Assembly: GCA_043228905.1 (NCBI GenBank)
Contig: JBHGNT010000011.1
Coordinates: forward strand, 20,894,001-20,958,000
Length of the DNA stretch: 64,000 nt
Source of the DNA: Azolla caroliniana
Taxonomy: Eukaryota; Plantae; Polypodiophyta
Direction: 5' to 3'
Part shown: positions 54,058 through 64,000 of the stretch, one piece after another
Numbering within the stretch: the first letter of the stretch is position 1
Layout of the letters: every line of letters begins with the position of its first letter
Notes under the pieces: model-generated
Databases searched by the model: none
Told to the model about the DNA's origin: nothing
The model's input: only the letters and a program-made list of their open reading frames with translations
Translations under genes and position numbers: made by a program

Positions 54058-55029
54058 AGATTATTTATAGCGATAATGAAACAATTTTACGCGAAGATCT
54101 CAAAATGTGAGTTCTTCAAGAAATCAATTACTTATCTTGGACATCTCATAACCGAACAAGGAGTTAAAATTGATCCTTCTCGCATCGAGAAAATCAAGCT
54201 TTGGCCCACTCTTCGGAATATTCGAGAAGTTCGACCATTCCTTGGTTTTGTCGGGTTTTTGCGAAAATCCCTTCGTAATTACTCCCAATTGACGACACCG
54301 TTTACTGATATTCTAAAAGGTCAAATGCATAAGTCTACAAAACCTATTGTGTGGAATGCTACACTGGACCTCGCCTTTAAGGAACTCAAGGACCTGGTTT
54401 GCAAGGCTCCTTCACTTCTTTTACCCGATCCTTCAAAACCTTTTGAGGTTGAAATCGATAGCATTCGAGAGTAAGAAACTTGATTCTGCTCAATGTCAGT
54501 ATACCGTTCAAGTAAAGGAATTATTTGCAGTTATACATGCGCTCAAAACATGGCGCCATTATCTTTATGGAAATCGCTTTGTGGTAACTACGGACCATGA
54601 GTCCTTGAAATATTTTTGTGACCAACAAGACCTGAAAGGTTGTAAGGCAGGATGGGTTGATCTCATCCAGGACTTTGATTTTTCCATACGATATCATAAA
54701 GGTTCCATGAATATTGTCGCTAATACACTAAGTTGCATCCGTGAAGTTAACATGCTTAGCTTCACTAAAATAACATCAAATCTTTATGATCACCTTTGAG
54801 GAAAATATCCTAATGAAAGTTATTTTGCAAAATATTGGGCAAGAGTTGAGTCTGGAACAGACACCACCACATCCTCGAAGGAATACTTCCACATTGCTAA
54901 CGGTCTGCTCTATCGTAATGGGAAGGTTTGTGTTCTATATTTACCCGAGGTCAAAAAGAGGATCCTTTTTTAATGCCATGATGCACCCTCAGCAGGGCAC
55001 CCTGGCATACATCATACACTCGTTCTCAT

Positions 55030-55473
55030 TGTCAAAACCAAGGATAAAAGATAGAGTGATGGAAGAAGGATATTAGAGAACACGAGAAGAAAGGAACGAA
55101 ATACTAAGAGAAGAATGGATGTATAAGATAGAGAAAGAAAGAGAATGGATACAAGATATGTAATGAGAGCTAAAGACTGGTGTTGATTCGAATTGATTTG
55201 AGAATACATGTATGCCCTTATTTATAGGTTCCTATAGAATAGCTTAGAGATTTCTAGAATGTTCTAGAATGTTCTAGACCTAGAATGCTCTAGGACATTC
55301 TAGAACATTCTAGAATAATCTAGAGGTTTTACAATAATCAATGTAATACAAGAAGTAGCTTTTTTTGTTTCATATAACAATAAGCTATCTTAATGGTTGA
55401 GGTTTTCAAGTATGGATTATAAGGTTCGAGGTTCAAGTCCGGGTGACGCCATAATGTTCATGTGTTAATGACA
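55030..55473 (-). mobile_element. Solo LTR (444 bp) inserted in the integrase relic
   Basis: TGTCA...TGACA; 5-bp TSD CTCAT (55025-55029, 55474-55478). Removal restores TLVL-ISTQFYWP. ctataaata on the minus strand at ~55219-55227. Confidence 0.9.
55251..55316. promoter_or_regulatory. Two multi-unit heat-shock elements in solo LTR U3
   Basis: TTCtaGAAtgTTCtaGAAtgTTC (55252-55274) and TTCtaGAAcaTTCtaGAA (55298-55315) fit the nTTCnnGAAn consensus. Confidence 0.7.
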
Positions 55474-57699
55474 CTCATCTCCACTCAATTTTATTGGCCT
55501 AAGATGCGTCCTGACATACATAACTATGTGACTAAATGTCACCAATGTCAGGTTAACAAAGCCGAGCGACTTAAAGCCGCAAGAATTTTACATCCCTTGG
55601 ACATTCCCAACAATAATTGGGAAAGTATATCCATGGATTTTATTGTTAACCTTCCTCGCACCCAAAAAGGCCATGATGCCATATGGGTTGTGGTTGATCG
55701 ACTAACTAAAATGACCAGATTTATTGCTACTAAAACCACAGTAATAGCTCTTGAATTGGCTTACCAATTTGTTGACAAGTTATTTCGTTTTTATGGGTTA
55801 CCGATGGATATCGTGAGTGATCGAGATCCAAAATTTACTAGTGACTTCTGGACGCAAGTCTTTAAGAAGTTAGAAACTACGTTGAGCATGAGCTCCACGG
55901 ATCATCCTCAATCCGATGGACAAACATAACGAGTAAATCAAATTATTGAGGACATGCTTCGAGCATACGTTGGTACAAAACCAACAAAATGGGAACATTA
56001 TCTCCCAATTTTGGAGTTTGCTTATAACAGCTCCAAGCATACGTCGACGGGATATAGTCCTTTTATGTTGATGTATGGCTTTTAGCCACGAGCCCCGATT
56101 GATGTTAATATACATCATGATGAGTTGCGAAGTACGCAAAAATTTCTTCGGGATATGCAAGATATGTTGCATATTGCACGAGATAATATAAAAACAGCTC
56201 AAGATAGAGCATGTTTTTATGCCGATCATCATAGGCAACCTCGTGTACTCAACCCTGGACAGAATGTATTTTTACGTGTACCTCACAATTCTAAGACATT
56301 GTCTATGGGTAAGTGCGCTAAGTTAGCCCCACGGTTTTGTGGACCTTTTACAGTTCTCAAACGCATTGGGTCCTCAGCCTATTGTCTCGCTCTTCCCAAT
56401 GGTGTTGGAATTCATCCAGTCTTTCATGTGAGTCGTCTAAAAGAACTTCTAGGTTTTGGTGACAATACAGTTACAACTAAAACTCTGTTACTTCTGAAGA
56501 ATTATCTTCTAAACCACATGTACCATAAAGAATTCTCTATCTTCATTGTTGCTAGTAGGTACCTACACGTACCATGTTAGTATCAACTAAGTCCTCACCC
56601 CCAAAATATTAATAAACAATCCCTACTAAATTCAGTAAGTCAAACTTCCAATGTGCATATTGAATTCATAATATTAGACAATTGGATCCATGTCCTCTTC
56701 GGATTGCAATTTAGACCATACATCCAAAGCCCCTACCTTCAAAAAAATGTCTGAGAAGATGTTGAGCAAAGGAGGGGACATGATAGCACAAGTTTGTCCA
56801 AACTACAAATATATCTATGATTATTGTCTATATTCTCCATGTATTAAAGTAATTAGGATCGCATGGAATATGGAAAAAGTAGAATTGTACTTTTTTAGCG
56901 GCAAAAGTTTAGCATCATTGAAACTTGTGAACAATCTTACTCACCTAGTCACACAACATGATATATATTGTTACTTGTCCTTGAATGACATCAATCATAG
57001 TTTGATATGTTGAGGAGAACAATTGAGTGGACAAACAAGGCATTGGATATGGAATGTACATCACTTACAATTATAATGTCAACTTGGTCATAATTGTCTA
57101 CCTAACATGTTTCATCTCTTGCAAACATATTAGGTATCTCCATTGAATGAAGTTCAATCTACCTCTATTGATGGATACATGTGATTGAGTCAAATGGGAT
57201 GAAAATTGATGCATACCATGCTTTGTCTCGCATTAGATCACTTTCAAGAATTTAACACGGCAAATCTCACAATAAAATGTGGCGAAGCAGGCACATTGTC
57301 ATTATTAATAGCCTATAGGTGAGCATTTGTTGATCATTTTACGTTGTGTCTTATGTTTATGGCTACCAACATCCTTATATGCATAAGCCAAATAAATATA
57401 TCAATCTACAACAACATGCATCAATCTAGAGCTCATACCTAACTTAAACTAAAAACTTACAATCATTTGTCTTAGTGTAACATCCTTATGTGCATTATCC
57501 AAACAAGAAAAATAATCAACTTTCATGAAAGCATGCATCAATATGGAAAACATGCCTCCTTTGGAATGTATCACTGTCTTGCATGTTATAAATGATATTT
57601 GAGTGTCTCTCTATGAAAATGGGATGCTCTTATGTATACATTCGGAAGAAGTCTGTTTCTTCTTTTGTGATGGATGGTGTCATTGTTCTTCAATTCTTG

Positions 57700-58160
57700 G
57701 ATTCAAGATGTGATTTTCATGTTCGAACACATCTAAGTTAAAAGAATGGAAAAGAAATCCATATTGCCATTGCTCATCTAGGTATCAACTTGGATATGCT
57801 CATTAGAAGCATTGTTGATTTGTATGCAACATGTGGAAGTTTCTCAGATGCATATAAACTGTTTGATGGGCTGAGATCCCTTAAGGTGGGTGTTGATCAC
57901 ATGGCTTTACATGAAGGCATGTTCATACATTCTGGAATCATGGATCAAGACATACAAAATGACCTTTATACCATAATGCTTTGCTTGAGTTTTACGTTGA
58001 ATATGGAAAATAGAAGATGCTTGGTCATTGTAAATGTGGTGGTATATTGGATGCATGTGATGACCCAAAGGTGGTATTTGGATATGTTGAATATGAACAT
58101 GATGAGGAAGATTGATTTGGTTTGAACATATGCAAATTCATGGTATGTTTCAACTATTGA
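57700..58160 (+). pseudogene. Degenerate PLS-class PPR fragment
   Basis: IRSIVDLYATCGSFSDAYKLFDGL; ALHEGMFIHSGI. Confidence 0.7.
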
Positions 58161-58179
58161 GGAAGTGCTCAATCAACTC

Positions 58180-58300
58180 TATCAAACGAAGGATTCATGG
58201 TTAGCTATTGTCTTACACAAGACAGGTTGGGGAAGGATAATCAGTTCCTTTCCATCATTTTGTATTTTGTAGCTGATATGTTTTCTTAAATAAATAAAAA
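58180..58300 (+). mobile_element. LINE 3'-UTR fragment (third copy)
   Basis: catggttagctattgtcttacacaagacagg..ggaaggata..gtagctgatatg followed by an A-rich tail. Confidence 0.7.
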
Positions 58301-58889
58301 ACAACCCTTCCAATGACATTGCATTCCCCTATGAGTGAAGTAAAACTGTAGCATACATTCTCAATCAACACACGGTCACATCCATTAGGAGTGTTTCATC
58401 CCTAACCAACAACAAGCCATCAATAAATTTGTCTCATCATTATCACCATGCTCGTAAAAAGTTCATTTCTAAGGCATTGAGAATTCACAAAAGATGCCAT
58501 AAAGTATCCTCGATTGTAGTATTTCACACATATTGGCATCTAAACAAACCCCAATATCCACATTCAAATTCATGCATAGTGTTTTGGGAGTATGCTATAG
58601 ACACTTTGCTCTCACTCTTACCCATGCATTCCAAGTGAATACACTTTGAATATCTTTCAATTCTCTCACATAATGTCCTTAGAACTCTCTTTATAAACTT
58701 CACTACACACAACCACCTTATAGTTATATAAGATTGTTTTATAACCGCTTAAACTATTCTATGATAGTATTTAATTGATTTCATTACAATTCTCCCCCTT
58801 GTTTTTATAATTAATACCACTAGGATATGAATAATAATTGTCAAAGGTTATAATGGGAGAGAATATATTCTTTAAACCCACCAACATTT

Positions 58890-59270
58890 GAGTTTATTTA
58901 TTTTCTCCAAAAAAAAACTACTTCCATTAGTTAAGGCAATGTACATAGGATACAACTCATATCTTACAGGCCAACTTGCATGGCGAAAACAAAACAACAT
59001 GTGTAAAGGAAACAACAAAAAAAACCTCCAAAACACCATATCATCCGATGAGCATAGCATTACTCGACCGCATACCCTCCACGAGAGCCTCATACAACCC
59101 GAATTCAACATAGACATCCTCCGATCTCCAACATTTGAGTTTATCTACATATTCCATCAATATGACAAGTGAGAAGCAAGGCTTGACCGGTGCTATGAGA
59201 GCAATTTCAAGGTATTTGTGTTTGTCATCTTTAAAGGCATGCTTCAATATTTTTTCCTTCTATTTTTTTG
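58890..59270 (-). mobile_element. Possible further LINE 3' end
   Basis: actaatggaagtag-T-run-ggagaaaa tail like that of the LINE at 41635-41660. Confidence 0.45.
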
Positions 59271-61539
59271 AAGTTTACTTCCGCAATCACGATAAAAGGT
59301 GAAAAATCTTTAGAAACATTGGCCAGAAAGTAGGATGCATTAGTTAACGAGATGAAAATTTCAAATTTCTTCAATCTCCATTGCCGTGTTTTGAAACCTA
59401 TGTTAGATCATTCTATGTCATCATCTTTAATTGTTGTGGTACTCAATTTTGTAAATGAGAAAGGTTGCATAGAAAACTCTATTAAGAGTGCCACACACTC
59501 CACATGATAATAATTAATGCAACTTTCAATTAAAACCCAACAAGTTTAATATTTTGAATCCACCTAGTTTGCAAAATCAAAATAATAAAGATGTGTGATT
59601 GATTCAACTCACAACCTTTGGAATGCAAGCAAAATACCTTGACTATTATGTCTAATAACTTGATTATTCTAACCAAAGAATAAACAACAACAACTAGTCT
59701 TTAAGTTTCCAGCTCATGTGTCTTCGTGCTCTAACTCAAGGCATTCATATCATTAAGATCATCCTCTAGGTATACAATCAATACCATGTCACATTCTTCA
59801 ATGATATATTTGATGAATGCAATGTTACGCTTCATGCATTGTGGATTTGATATAAAATCCTCCATGTGCAAATTTGTTGAGGAATATCTACACACCTAAA
59901 CCTACAAATAAAAATTAAAACTAAAACTAAGTAGATAGATGGACATCGATGGTTTGAGAATTATACGGTATACCCATGTTTTTAGTGTAGAAATATTTAA
60001 AACTTATTTTGTTGCAAAAATTATTGTTGAAAATGTGGGGAAAGAATGTTTTCATGCGTTCAAAGTTAGAGCAATGCAATAGAGTCCAATAAAGCAGGAC
60101 ACATGTTATGGGAAAAGAATGTATTGCCAATGAATATTTTTCGTTGGTAGCTCATATAAAAGAGGGGAGAAACTCGATTATGTATGGGTGCCATATGGTA
60201 TAGTGTGTGAGGGTGAGCACATATATCTCTTTCCCTACTGTAGTTTGTAATTACAAATTCCATCATTCATGAAGCGTGTACATTGCATCCCATTTTCTAA
60301 TATATTTGAAAGTCAATAAGTTGGTTTGTTGTCTCTTTTGAACTACTTCACATGCTTCTAATGCAATTTAAATATGTACTCTAGAGTCTAGAACCCTTCT
60401 CCAAGCCTCAATAGGGAGTGATCAAACCTCAAGAAGTAGGAGTATGTGCGGCATCGATATATTGAATTAATATTTCAACTTCGTTACACACATTACACAC
60501 ACATGTAGAGATGTAGCTTAATTATTAAGGTTGTTTGATAAAGCGAGAAGTTCATGCATTCACCCTTACATTCCACGATAATATCTATTCACGACCCTAA
60601 AAAGTGAGCTTACAACCACAAAATAACCATGATGGGAGAGATTTTATTATCATTATTGGAGGCTAATATGACCCATGAGACCAGAAGTGAAACATTTTCA
60701 CATAATGCACGTGGAATTGAGTAGTTGATCCTAGAGCTCAGAAAATCGGATAATGTGGATTGCACTTGAGGTACACATTGTGGCCATGACAAGAATGTGG
60801 GTATGGAGTAGACAAAATTGATAGGAAAGCAGATTCGATTGTGGTAGAAGGCAAATCATTGTATCAAAGTGTGATGCTCAAACCCATGAACTAGTTCACA
60901 GTAGAACATACATAAATGCTGAGTCTCATCATCTATACCCTAAAGACCCACCTCAAAAAAGAGAGGATGTGAGCTAAGTGGTATGAATTCAATGGTGGAA
61001 AACGAGGTGGGCTCTATTATGCATTGGTGAATACGATTTCCCCATTCAAAGAAAAAGACGTATTATAGTTATATGTATAGTTTTGTGACCTCTTTATTGA
61101 GCCATCATTCACTAGCATTGTAATATGTTTCTTATATGCTAATTTCATCCTTCAATAGTTATCGAAAGCTAGTTGTGCAAACTACCACAATTGCAGTCTC
61201 CATTATATTCAAAGATTGCAAGCAGAGATGGAAGATTCCAATGCATTGGTAAACCAAATCTACTTTTACAATGTGGAGGTATGGGGAGGAAATATACCCT
61301 ATTCTACTTGGAGCACTATAAAAAAGGTATGAAAGATGTTTCTAAAATAATACCCTTGCATTAGGGTCAATGGAACTACACAATATTATATGATGCTTCT
61401 TGAAATGGGGGTGAGATCCATTGAACACCAATTAGAGTCCATAAGTATCTTGGTGGACTTGGATGACACACATTACCTAACAATCGAAGCTTGGATACTA
61501 GCAATAAAATATTCAAGAAAAATAATAACATTTATCTTT

Positions 61540-62230
61540 TCTAATTGGACATACAACATATGCAAGTGACGTAAGAGATGGAATGTGGCACTCCATCTTA
61601 GTTACATGTTCCAAGAGATCTATTCCTAAACCGAAAGCCTTTTTAAATACTACATGTGCCTCGGCAAGTGACCCATATTCCACATACATATCTACTAATG
61701 TATTGCCAATGAAATACTCTTTCAACAACTTTTTGTACAATGTCCTTGTGAAATTCATTGTTTGCTAATGTAGCTCTAATGCTACCACATGCTTTCAAGC
61801 AGCAAACAAGTGTGAAACAAGTCTTTGCATATGCTCAAAGAGGGAGAGTACTGTCTCACTATATTATCCATGTTCCACGTATCTCGCATTCAATATATTC
61901 CATGAAATTGCATCTTTCACAGGAACATCATCGAAAATTTCATGTACTATTGAGAAAACCATACCAACCCTAATACCATAGTAAGCAAGTCCTTCCTATT
62001 CCCACACATTGTTTGAACTTTGAGTCAAAGAAGAGTTAATTGTTGTCTTCAAAAAGATTGTATAATTCAAGAAGAATGCCAAAATGCATGGAACCAACAC
62101 AACAAGTTGAAACCCTATTTTAGATACTTGGGGAAAACTATGGTTCTCTCTAAATCTTCATTTAAAATTGCCCATACTGCCAATATGGGTAACCCAAATG
62201 TCGATAAATTGATCATTGTGTAATCACTGA
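61540..62230 (-). pseudogene. Degenerate PLS-class PPR fragment
   Basis: FTLVCCLKACGSI; FIGNTLVDMYVEYGSLAEAHVVFKK. A weaker similar relic lies at ~60100-60370. Confidence 0.75.
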
Positions 62231-62236
62231 CCCTCG

Positions 62237-64000
62237 TCATCCCAAACATTCCAAATCACTCTCCATACAAGAAATAAGACGAGCGTTCATCCAATTTATA
62301 TATAACCCTGAAACCAAAGCAAATTGATCCCAAACTTGCATACTCCTTTTAAGATTTTCTTTTGAGGCTTGTAAAAACATAAAAGAATCATCAGCCAATG
62401 CTTGTGCCACCAATTGTCCACCATAAGGAAGATGCAAACCCACAATATCACCTCTGGCCGCAAGATTTGACAACATTACTAACAAAGGATGTGTAACAAT
62501 AACAAATAACAATGGGCTTAGTTGACATTGTTGCACGAATCTAGTAAGAAATGCTTTCGGAGTAACTCCACCATTAAACATCACATGTGAGGTTGCATTT
62601 TGCCCTAGCAAAAAGATAAGTCGACACATACAAGGACCAAACCCCATATTATACATCACACCTAAGAGGAAAGACATTAACATGACCATATGCTTTTTCC
62701 AAATCTAATTGCACCATAACCATTTCTTGATGTGTATGTCGAGCATAATCAGTACACATCCTTTGTTAGTAATGTTGTCAATCTTGCGGCCAGTGGTGAT
62801 ATTGTGGGTTTGCATCTTCCTTATGGTGGACAATTGGTGGCACGAGCATTGGCTGATGATTCTTTTATGTATTAACAAGCCTCAAAAGAAAATCTTAAAA
62901 GGAGTATGCAAGTAAACCAAAGCAAATTTATCCCAAACTTGCATACTCCTTTTAAGATTTTCTTTTGAGGCTTGTAAAAACATAAAAGAATCATCGACCA
63001 ATGCTTGTGCCACCAATTGTCCACCATAAGGAAGATGTAAACCCACAATATCACCACTGGCTGCAAGTTTTGACAACATTACTAACAAATGATGTGTAAC
63101 AATAACAAATAACAATGGGCTTAGTGGACATCCTTGCCGCATGTATCTAGTAAGAAACACTTTCAGAGTAACTCCACCATTAAGCATCACACGCAAGGTT
63201 GCATTTTGCCCTAGCAAAAAGATAAGTCGACACATATGAGGACCAAACCCCATATTATACATCACGCCTAAGAGGAAAGACCAATTAACATGATCATATG
63301 CTTTTTCCAAATCTAATTGCACCATAACCATTTCTTGATGTGTATGTCGAGCATAATCGGTAGCCATTTGAACATTTAAAACATTATGCAATATATTTCT
63401 ACCTGTAATATAACCATATTGAGATGGATGAATAAGTTAAGATAAGAACTTTTGAAGTCTGATGGATAATAACTTTGCAAATACTTTGTACAACCCTCCC
63501 ATCAATGAAATAGGCCTCCATTGATGAACTGACTCCGGAGATGGTACCTTTGGTATCAATTTGATTAAGACCACCTTCTAGCTCTCAGGCATGAAACTAG
63601 AATCCCAACATTGTTGAAACATTTGTGTGAATGGACTCTTAAGCATGCCATCATACTTCTTAAAAATTTCATTTGTAACACCATCCCAACCAAGGCTTTT
63701 ACCATTTGGAAGGTGTAACAATACCTTTTCCACCTCAGCTTCTTCAAAATAAGCATCCAATTCTTGACAAATATTTGTATTCACCACACACCCAATTACA
63801 CTATAAAACTTGTCGTGCTTTCAACACATCCTCATTAAAATAATCAACTTTGGCCCAATCAAATTCTTAAAATGAGTAATACATAACTCAATAACCGTGA
63901 TTGGGTTCTACAACAATGTCATCCCCTATCTTAATTTATACTACATTTGAACGAGCATATGGTGGTCTTAATCCTTAAAAAACCATATGAGATTGTGATT
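62237..64000 (-). mobile_element. L1-type LINE reverse transcriptase relic with internal duplication/inversion; runs off the window
   Basis: LPNGKSLGWDG; QLDLEKAYDHVNW; RQGCPLSPLLF; ALADDS. Confidence 0.9.

Larger units (their letters stand above)
54076..56500 (+). pseudogene. Chromovirus-like Ty3/gypsy pol relic (RT end, RNase H, integrase)
   Basis: SKCEFF..YLGH; KELFAVIHALKTWRHYL; TDHESL; GHPG..FYWP; WESISMDFI; VVDRLTK; IVSDRD; HPQSDGQT; KLAPRFCGPF; HPVFHVSRLK. No paired LTRs seen. Confidence 0.9.

Overview
Repeat-rich, AT-rich land-plant nuclear DNA. A seedless vascular plant, probably a fern, is inferred from the short alpha-CT, many PLS-PPR relics and non-seed-plant-type Ty3/gypsy elements. 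Only two intact host genes are seen, both on the minus strand: a 10-exon plastid acetyl-CoA carboxylase carboxyltransferase alpha subunit (accA/CAC3, 468 aa) and a 4-exon class III peroxidase (342 aa). The rest is nested transposons. A 14.6-kb non-chromovirus Ty3/gypsy element (18895-33528) with a long 3' extra ORF contains a gag-only LTR element with a tRNA-Trp PBS, a solo LTR, and a 298-bp inverted copy of host DNA from 8 kb upstream that replaced its capsid gene. Also present: a 5'-truncated L1-type LINE with a 14-bp TSD, several LINE 3' ends (two directly behind PPR fragments), a hAT MITE, a solo LTR with heat-shock elements inside a chromovirus-like pol relic, and a LINE relic with a DUP-inverted triplication-DUP rearrangement. 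All coordinates and identities were read by eye; no database searches were run.
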